This document shows, piece by piece, positions 38,934-46,108 of a stretch of 64,000 bases of DNA (the first letter of the stretch is position 1; every line of letters starts with the position of its first letter). The notes beneath the pieces are model-generated. The model made no database searches. It had not been told where the DNA came from and saw only the letters and a list, made by a program, of their open reading frames with translations. The DNA is from Candidatus Zixiibacteriota bacterium. Its GTDB lineage: Bacteria > Zixibacteria > MSB-5A5 > UBA10806 > 4484-95. The stretch is taken from contig JBBIRK010000007.1 of assembly GCA_037441845.1 (NCBI GenBank), positions 130,575-194,574 on the forward strand, read 5' to 3'. A program made the translations under genes and the position numbers.

Positions 38934-40376
38934 TCAACGCAGCAAAAGCATCCGCCGGGTGATTGATTTATCGTCGGATATGAGTCGGTAATAATATAGT
39001 CCGGATGCCGCAGCGCCGCCCGATTCGCTGTCGCCGTACCAAGTGAATCGATGCATCCCTGCACCGAGCTCATTATCGACAAGTTTTCTGACCAGCCTTC
39101 CCTGTATATCGAAAATTTCCAATTTCGCCCTTTGCGCGCGGGGAATCGTTATCGTGATGTTGGTGGAACTGTTGAAAGGATTGGGAAATGCCTGATACAG
39201 GTCAACGGCATTCGGAGCCGTGTCACTCCGATTGCCGCTGCGCAAGGCGCGCACTATTTCTTTCAACGCGGCCACGAAGTCCCTCATTTCCGCCATAGTG
39301 CCGCAGGATACTCTTATGAAGCTGCTCATCCCCCAGCCGGTTCTGACATAGATACCGCGATTGGCAAGTTGCGTGCGCACGTAATCTCCCTCGCCCACAT
39401 CGACCATGAAAAAGCTGGTCGTCGAATCGATGCAAACAATACCGGCCTCTTCGAATTCGCGCAAGCAGTAATTTCTGGCGTTCCGGGCGTGCGCCACCGA
39501 ATCGACTACGTGTTGATTATCGCCCAAGGCCGCTCGAGCGGCCTCGAGAGAAAGCCTGGAGACAGTCGCAGATATCTGCTTGGCTCTGATCTGACTGATT
39601 CGGTTGGCCGGGCCTATAGCATAACCGATCCGGGCTCCGGCCAAACCATGAACCTTACTGAACGTTTTCACCACGATTACGTCTTTGCCCTGGCGAACCA
39701 TATTTATCGCCGAGGGGATCTGCGGATTGTCGATATATTCGAAATAAGCCTCGTCAATAATGGTTAAAACCCCCGAAGGGAGGCTGTCGACGAAATCGAC
39801 AAGGCTCTGGCTGTTCAGGAACGTCCCTGTCGGATTGTTCGGGTTCGTGATACATACGCAGGTGGTATTGCTGTTCACTTGGCTGCGCGCGGCGGCCAGA
39901 TCGACGACGTAGTTGCCGGTCAAATTGCTGTAGCGGACGGTGGCGCCGAACAGCTCGGCATCTCCCATGAATTGGGTATACGAGGGATAAGGCGCAACCA
40001 CGTTTCGGCCGGGAGGAGCGAACGCCATGGCGCACAACCGTAGAATTTCGGTGGCCCCGCAACCGCAGGTTATCTGGTTGGGGGAGACCTGATGATAAGA
40101 GGCAAGACTTGAAACAAGCGATTCCGCATACCAATCGGTGTAGCGATGAGCCAGGGGAGCCTGATCGATGATCGCCTGTATGGCCGCAGCCGACGGGCCG
40201 AGAGGATTTTCGTTATAGCATAATCTTCCGTTGTAGTCGGTGGTGATATGCCCGCCCGGGCTGTCCTCGGCAACAGCCCGGCGGTCGGAATTCAACAATG
40301 CAAGTGCGGCCGCGCCGGTCAGGGTTCCCATAAATCGGCGCCGGCTTAAATCGTTGTTCATATAACTCGTAGGCAT
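38934..40376 (-). CDS. Tat-signal HisC-like PLP aminotransferase (class I/II) fused to a Por/FlgD-type CTD
   Basis: GGAGG then ATG 40376; SRRRFMG twin-arginine and AVA cleavage site; NENPLGPS, NPNNPTG, DEAY, TFSKVHGLAG.RIGY; AFPNPFN...ASGLYYY...RMLLLR. Confidence 0.9.
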   Translation of the reverse strand: MPTSYMNNDLSRRRFMGTLTGAAALALLNSDRRAVAEDSPGGHITTDYNGRLCYNENPLGPSAAAIQAIIDQAPLAHRYTDWYAESLVSSLASYHQVSPNQITCGCGATEILRLCAMAFAPPGRNVVAPYPSYTQFMGDAELFGATVRYSNLTGNYVVDLAAARSQVNSNTTCVCITNPNNPTGTFLNSQSLVDFVDSLPSGVLTIIDEAYFEYIDNPQIPSAINMVRQGKDVIVVKTFSKVHGLAGARIGYAIGPANRISQIRAKQISATVSRLSLEAARAALGDNQHVVDSVAHARNARNYCLREFEEAGIVCIDSTTSFFMVDVGEGDYVRTQLANRGIYVRTGWGMSSFIRVSCGTMAEMRDFVAALKEIVRALRSGNRSDTAPNAVDLYQAFPNPFNSSTNITITIPRAQRAKLEIFDIQGRLVRKLVDNELGAGMHRFTWYGDSESGGAAASGLYYYRLISDDKSITRRMLLLR

Positions 40377-40724
40377 CGGGACCTCCGCTCTGCCGAGTGT
40401 CATCAATCAACGGGCGATATGAATGCAGACTATTCTGCAATGGAATATAAAGCCATATTGCAATAAAAAGTCAATTTAATACTTGAAGGCGAATCAGGTT
40501 GCCGGGGTCGATCCCCTGACGACGCAATCGACAATGACGGCGGCGAATTATTTACTGGCAGGATATTGAAAGCAGCCCTGGGCAGGCACCATTGGGAATC
40601 GCAATGGATCGGCCGGCCAGATTTTCTTGATGTGGATTACGGGCGATAGGCAAACGCTATGTTTTAGGGCGCAAGGGGGCGCCGAATCGCATCGTGACAA
40701 TCCGGCTAACAGCCGATAGGCAGC

Positions 40725-41359
40725 CTAAAGGTCCAGCCATTCGATTCGGCCGTTTTCCACGCGATAAAGAGCGCCCTGCAGCCGGATGCGACCGCTTGCC
40801 GAAAGAGATTTTCGATTATTTTGCCGCAGGCGAGCAGATTTTCGATCGCCAAGCCTATATTTTCGATAATCATTTTGTCGATCAATTCGTCGCCGTCATT
40901 TGTAAGGCACGTTTTCTTCGCCCTGGCCACCGCCGGCCTTATTTTTTCCAATATAACGGCCACGGCTTTATTTTTCCCGCCGCCCTGGCAAGCCGCCTTT
41001 ACCGCGCCGCAGCGGGTGTGCCCGAGAACCACGATCAGCGGCACCGCCAACGCATCGACCGCGAATTCGAGCGAGCCGAGCTCGTCCTCCGAACAGATAT
41101 TCCCGGCCACCCTGACCACGAATAGGTCTCCGACGCCGACATCGAATATATGCTCGACCGGCACCCGCGAATCGGAGCAAGTCAAAACGGCCGCAAACGG
41201 CTTTTGGCCCTTGCGGAAGGTTTCGGCCATTCTATATTTTGACAGATGCGGCAAGATGCGCTTTTGATTCAAAAATCGATTATGACCTGCCTTCAGTTTT
41301 CGCAAAGCTCCATCGGCCTCAATCGAGATTGACCGCATTTTCTTCATCACTTCATACAC
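40725..41359 (-). pseudogene. Beta-class carbonic anhydrase with a frameshift near the 3' end
   Basis: CSDSR, GDLFVVRVAGN, GSLEFA, LGH..CGAV are intact; the canonical tail SGRIRLQGALYRVENGRIEWLDL* lies in another frame from about 40805. Confidence 0.8.
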
Positions 41360-41626
41360 CTTGTTGCGATAGCTCTTTTCGTTGCTTTCGGCCGACTCGT
41401 TTCTTATCGTTTAACACTAATAACAAAAGTCCAATTTACCCCCGTGGAAAATCTTTTCCTGCACATATTGCTTATCGATTCCCCGCCGTACCAATCTCGA
41501 TTTTCTTGAGAGGCAGATCGAGGAGTCCAGCCTCGGACTTCATTTGGATGGTCTCTTACAAGCCCGCATCCCGCCTATCGTCGGCGAAATATATTGCACG
41601 ATCTTTTTTTGACAAATCCAAAACGA

Positions 41627-41651
41627 AAGCCCTCGGGAACATCGAGGGCTT
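41627..41651 (-). terminator. Intrinsic terminator after the porin gene
   Basis: AAGCCCTCG-7nt-CGAGGGCTT followed by TCGTTTT on the minus strand. Confidence 0.65.
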
Positions 41652-41681
41652 CAAAGCAATAAGTGGCAATTTGCGCGGGGT

Positions 41682-42755
41682 TCAGAACCCGTAGGTCATT
41701 TTGAATGCGACAGTCGTCGCCGACTTATGGGCAAGACTATCCTGATCCAGAAAAACCTCATGATCTGATATGTCGTACCTGAGTTCCACCAACGCGGTCA
41801 AGCCGTTCCCGAGAGAAAAGACAGGGGCGATAGTGTAGGCCTGACGCTTTTCGGCGATACCGCTATCCAACCTGAGGGCATCTTTATCGTTGAAGTAATC
41901 ATATCTGCCGGTGATACCGATCCATGGAGCAAGCTTCAGATGAGTCATCGCCAAGAAGCCGTTCCATTGATACTTTTCGCCGGCAAGCTCGTTCCATCCG
42001 AAATTGATCTCGGCTCCGATAACGGCCTTTTTAAGCGTGACCTTAACCGACGCATCGGCCACCGTAAGAATGTTTTTCAATGAATCAGTCTCCGAACCGC
42101 TGACCAGACCCAGACCGAGATCGACCAGGCCTCCGAGACAATGATTGAGGCAGCCGCCGAATGTCTTTTGGTCATTGAAATCGAAATTGTTATCCCAGCC
42201 GTTGGCCAGGAAAAGGCATAGATCGGTCGATTGCCCCAAATCGGCAGCCAAATTGACACCAGTGAGATTGCCAGGCAAAGCATAGTAGCTTACCAGACCG
42301 AATGAATATTGATACATATCCGGTGGATCGAACGCCTCCAGCCCGATCGGCGAATTGAACTTGCCGAAAGTAAACTCGATACCACCGCGAGACAAAGGAG
42401 AAAATGTTATGAACGCCTGCTCGATTCCGAATTCACCGTCTCCCTGGCCGTCATTGAGCCATTCCAGATCGAGTCGGGCCGACCCCTTTTCGGCCAGCTC
42501 GTGCCGAAGATTGATTTCCGCTTGATCGAAACCGAAGGTATTGTTGTCGGAACGAACCTCAAAAATGTAGCTGGCGTCGAGAAAACCGCTGATTTCAAGT
42601 TTAGGAAGATCCGCCTGAAACGTCTCGGCCGAAAGCGACGCCGACTCATCAAGCGGGTTCACCTCTTGAGCGAAAGCCACATACCCGGAACCGACAAGGA
42701 GACCTAAAACCAGCAGCGCGATCGATAAATCGCGGTTCATGACGATTCTTTTCAT
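41682..42755 (-). CDS. Outer-membrane beta-barrel porin (OmpL/DUF1597-like)
   Basis: Sec signal; ISGFLDASY, FDQAEI, IEQAF, FGKF..PIG.E, NGWD, alternating beta strands, C-terminal YGF. Confidence 0.8.
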   Translation of the reverse strand: MKRIVMNRDLSIALLVLGLLVGSGYVAFAQEVNPLDESASLSAETFQADLPKLEISGFLDASYIFEVRSDNNTFGFDQAEINLRHELAEKGSARLDLEWLNDGQGDGEFGIEQAFITFSPLSRGGIEFTFGKFNSPIGLEAFDPPDMYQYSFGLVSYYALPGNLTGVNLAADLGQSTDLCLFLANGWDNNFDFNDQKTFGGCLNHCLGGLVDLGLGLVSGSETDSLKNILTVADASVKVTLKKAVIGAEINFGWNELAGEKYQWNGFLAMTHLKLAPWIGITGRYDYFNDKDALRLDSGIAEKRQAYTIAPVFSLGNGLTALVELRYDISDHEVFLDQDSLAHKSATTVAFKMTYGF

Positions 42756-42792
42756 ATCCATCCCTCCAATTTATCCAAAATAGTCCATCATA

Positions 42793-42821
42793 ATGATAAT
42801 ATCGGGTTTGCGCCTTGACAA
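42793..42821 (-). promoter_or_regulatory. Putative sigma70 promoter of the porin
   Basis: TTGTCA-17nt-TATCAT on the minus strand. Confidence 0.5.
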
Positions 42822-42973
42822 CTGAAACCGATCTGCAGAAACATGGTTCAGAATCGATCGATTTCATTGACTGATAGCGCAATGACCAATTATATGATAT
42901 TCGGCGATATCGTCACCGGACATTCTGACAAAAGCAGTAGATTCCGAATCGACTCTGGGGCCGGATATTTTCC

Positions 42974-43001
42974 TTGACCCTCATGCGCACCCGAATAACA
43001 T
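42974..43001 (+). promoter_or_regulatory. Putative sigma70 promoter of the E1-tag operon
   Basis: TTGACC-16nt-TAACAT. Confidence 0.45.
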
Positions 43002-43059
43002 TTCGCATCGGGAAACCCACCGGCCGCGAATCAGTTTATACCGACAAACGGAGGTGTCC

Positions 43060-45339
43060 ATGGCCTACTGGGAAATAAAAGATTGGGTCGCAACGCTCAA
43101 GCCGGCCGAACCAGTTGAAAAAACCGCCGGATACGGAAATGTCGACAAAGATACTTTGCTGAAAATGTACCGCATCATGGTCTTGGCGCGGCGCATAGAG
43201 CTCGAGGAAAAAACGCTTCTGCGCAAAGGACACTGCCGCTTTTTCATAGGCTGCGGCGGCAAAGAGCTGATCGATGTCGTATTGGCGCAAGCTCTGGCGC
43301 CGGACGACCCGTTTATCGGCTACTACCGCAACAAAGCCTTCGATCTCTATCGAGGGGTAAGCATAAGACAAAAATTGCTCGAGGCCGTCGGCGATCGCCG
43401 GTCCGAATCCAATGGCGGAATGCTGCAACCGGCGCATTCGTCATACCCGGAAAAAGCGATCCTGCCGCAAGCGTCGCCGACAGGTTCACATGCGCTCGAA
43501 GCCGCTGGTCTGGCGGAGGCGATAGCCAATCCGACACCGATAAGCGGGCCGGTGGGGATCAAAGGCGGCCGATTCCGCCCCGATTCGATAGTTTGTTGCG
43601 CTATAGGTGAAGGCGCCACGTCATCGCCTGAATTTCATCGGGCGGTGTTTTATTCGGTTTATAATAACACCAAAAATATATTCGCAATCTACAACTGCGG
43701 CTGGGCGATATCCACCAGTGTCAACGAGCAGTTTCCCGAGGGCAATCCCACGACATCGTTCGAGGGATTCAAACGTTTCGGCCTTTTGATAGAGAATTTC
43801 GACGGCACCCGGGTAAAAGAGTCGATCGCAGCGGTGAACAGAATGATCGAACACGTGAAATCCGGAAAAGGACCGGCGATCGCCAATATCAATGTCACCC
43901 GCGAGGATTCGCATTCCGGTTCCGACGATCAGACTCATTATATGGAGCCGGAAGAACAGCGTTACCATATCGAATACGACCCCTTGCGGACCACAGCCGC
44001 CGAGTTCATCGCCGATGGTTTGTTTTCGTCGCAAGAGCTGGCCGCAATTTTCGACGAGTGCGACTCCGAGGTTTCCCGAATATCGACAGAGGTGGTAGCA
44101 GATTACCAACCGAAATCCGCGGCAGACGTCCTCACCAAGGTGACTTCATACAATCCCGACACCGCGGCGAGGCTTTGGGCGGAACTTTTATCGGAGAAGG
44201 TCAGCCAGCGGGCTGAGATATACCGGGAATTTTACAAACGGGGATTCGTCGAGCAACCCGAACTTCCCGAAAACCAGCCTCCGATGACGTTGCGCAAGGC
44301 TATTAATTACTCTCTTTTTGACATATTCATGCTCTCCGATGCCGCCGTTTTATTCGGCGAGGATGTCGCCGATTTCGCCCGCGAGGTTTTCGCCAAGGGA
44401 GAGCAGGCGATTTCCGGTTTGAAGGGCAAGGGCGGTGTATTTCTTGTCACCAAAAATTTACAACGCGCTTTCGGGCAGTCACGGGTTTTCAACACCCAGC
44501 TCGATGAGGCCGGGATCCTCGGCCGGGCCGCAGGCCAGGCGTTTCAGGGGAGAGTGCCGTTTCCCGAAATCCAGTTTATCGATTATATGAGCCCGGGTTA
44601 CCAACAACTAAAAGATAGAATCGCCACTTGTTACCAGCGCTCCAACGGCCGGGTGCGCCTGCCGATGGTTATCCGGACCAGTTACGGCGGCTACAAGCAG
44701 GGAGCGGGTGCGATGTGGCATTCGGAGGCCAACCTCGGGACTTTTATCAATATACCGGGATTGCATGCGGCGGTGCCGTCAAACGCCGCCGATGCCGCCG
44801 GGTTGTTGAGGACCGCTTTCGTATGCGGCGACCCGGTCCTTTTCTGCGAGCCGGTGGCGCTTTACAACCGCCGCGATTGGGACGGTTACAATCTGCTTGC
44901 CAAATATCCGCCGATAGAGGAGTTGCTTCCGTTCGGCAGGGCCAAGGTTTATAACGAGTCCGCCTGCGATATCGCGCTAATCAGCTACGGTATAACTCTG
45001 CCGATGTCGCTGAAAGCGGCCGAATCGCTCGCCGGCGATGGAATCGGCGCCCGGGTAGTTGACCTACGCACGGTCAAACCTATCGACTGGGATACGGTGA
45101 CGGAGACGGTGAAAGCTTGTTCACGGGTGATGATCGTCTCTGAGGATCGTTTTCACGGCGGAGCGGGACCGACGATCGCCGCGTTCATCGCCAATTCGCT
45201 TTTCGATTATCTCGACGGTCCGGTGCGCCTGCTGACTGCGCAAGACTGCCGCGTCGCTTACGGCGCAGACGGCGACGAAATCTGCCTTCCGCAAATCGAC
45301 AGGATTATCGAAACCGCCAAGGAGTTGATCGCCTATTGA
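43060..45339 (+). CDS. Fused alpha/beta E1 component of a 2-oxoacid dehydrogenase (branched-chain/pyruvate family)
   Basis: GGAGG then ATG 43060; YYR, TPP motif GEGATS...YNCGWAIS, HSGSDD; beta half GEDV, GGVF..T, RVFNT...E, EIQF.DY, HS, DPVLF.E, VDLRT. Confidence 0.92.
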   Translation: MAYWEIKDWVATLKPAEPVEKTAGYGNVDKDTLLKMYRIMVLARRIELEEKTLLRKGHCRFFIGCGGKELIDVVLAQALAPDDPFIGYYRNKAFDLYRGVSIRQKLLEAVGDRRSESNGGMLQPAHSSYPEKAILPQASPTGSHALEAAGLAEAIANPTPISGPVGIKGGRFRPDSIVCCAIGEGATSSPEFHRAVFYSVYNNTKNIFAIYNCGWAISTSVNEQFPEGNPTTSFEGFKRFGLLIENFDGTRVKESIAAVNRMIEHVKSGKGPAIANINVTREDSHSGSDDQTHYMEPEEQRYHIEYDPLRTTAAEFIADGLFSSQELAAIFDECDSEVSRISTEVVADYQPKSAADVLTKVTSYNPDTAARLWAELLSEKVSQRAEIYREFYKRGFVEQPELPENQPPMTLRKAINYSLFDIFMLSDAAVLFGEDVADFAREVFAKGEQAISGLKGKGGVFLVTKNLQRAFGQSRVFNTQLDEAGILGRAAGQAFQGRVPFPEIQFIDYMSPGYQQLKDRIATCYQRSNGRVRLPMVIRTSYGGYKQGAGAMWHSEANLGTFINIPGLHAAVPSNAADAAGLLRTAFVCGDPVLFCEPVALYNRRDWDGYNLLAKYPPIEELLPFGRAKVYNESACDIALISYGITLPMSLKAAESLAGDGIGARVVDLRTVKPIDWDTVTETVKACSRVMIVSEDRFHGGAGPTIAAFIANSLFDYLDGPVRLLTAQDCRVAYGADGDEICLPQIDRIIETAKELIAY

Positions 45340-45959
45340 ACGATAACACCGCAAAAAACGATGAGGTCACGGCAACCGGACAGCCCCAAAGATGCGATTG
45401 GTCGCGCGGTGATCCTCTATTGCTTGCCTATCACGATTCGGAATGGGGCGTGCCGCTTCATGATGACCGCAAGTTGTTCGAGTTTCTGATCCTCGACTCT
45501 TTTCAGGCCGGCCTGAGCTGGTCGATAATTCTTAAGAAACGGGATAATTTCAGAAGAGCTCTCGCCGATTTTGATCCTCAAAAGGTAGCGCGATTTTCGG
45601 AATTCCGAATAAAACGGATTCTCGACGACGATGGGGTGATCCGCAACCGCCGGAAAATAGAGGCGGCGGTCGGCAACGCCGGGCGATACCTGAAAATCCA
45701 GAAAGAGTTCGGCAGCTTCGACAATTACCTTTGGGGTTTCGTCGGGGGCAAAACGATCGTGAACAGATGGAAACACCCGAAGGAATTGCCCGCGAAATCG
45801 AAAGAATCGGCGGCCTTGAGCTCCGATCTGAAAAAGCGCGGTTTCACTTTCGTAGGACCGGTGATCTGCTACGCGTTCATGCAGGCGGCGGGCCTGGTGA
45901 ACGATCATCTGACATATTGTTTCCGTTATAAAGAACTGCAGGGCCGCCGAAACTCGTGA
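45336..45959 (+). CDS. tag: DNA-3-methyladenine glycosylase I
   Basis: RC.W, YHDSEWG.P, FQAGLSW..IL.KR, IRNRRKI, FMQAAGLVNDH...C. Confidence 0.96.
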   Translation: MNDNTAKNDEVTATGQPQRCDWSRGDPLLLAYHDSEWGVPLHDDRKLFEFLILDSFQAGLSWSIILKKRDNFRRALADFDPQKVARFSEFRIKRILDDDGVIRNRRKIEAAVGNAGRYLKIQKEFGSFDNYLWGFVGGKTIVNRWKHPKELPAKSKESAALSSDLKKRGFTFVGPVICYAFMQAAGLVNDHLTYCFRYKELQGRRNS

Positions 45960-46108
45960 TTCCGGGCCGCGAATAAAATCAATCCACTCTGAGTCGCTCA
46001 GTTTTATCGCCCAGATGAGTTTGGGCCGACCACATGCCGGCGATGGGGTGGTATGCTGAAATTAAGTATTGGAACGGAAAGGCATTTTGGATATTATATC
46101 ATACTAAT

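Noticed and set aside
40649..40676. GGCAAAC...GGCGCAA resembling a c-di-GMP-I (GEMM) riboswitch
   Set aside because: It lacks the GNRA loop and second stem, and no plus-strand gene lies downstream within 2 kb.
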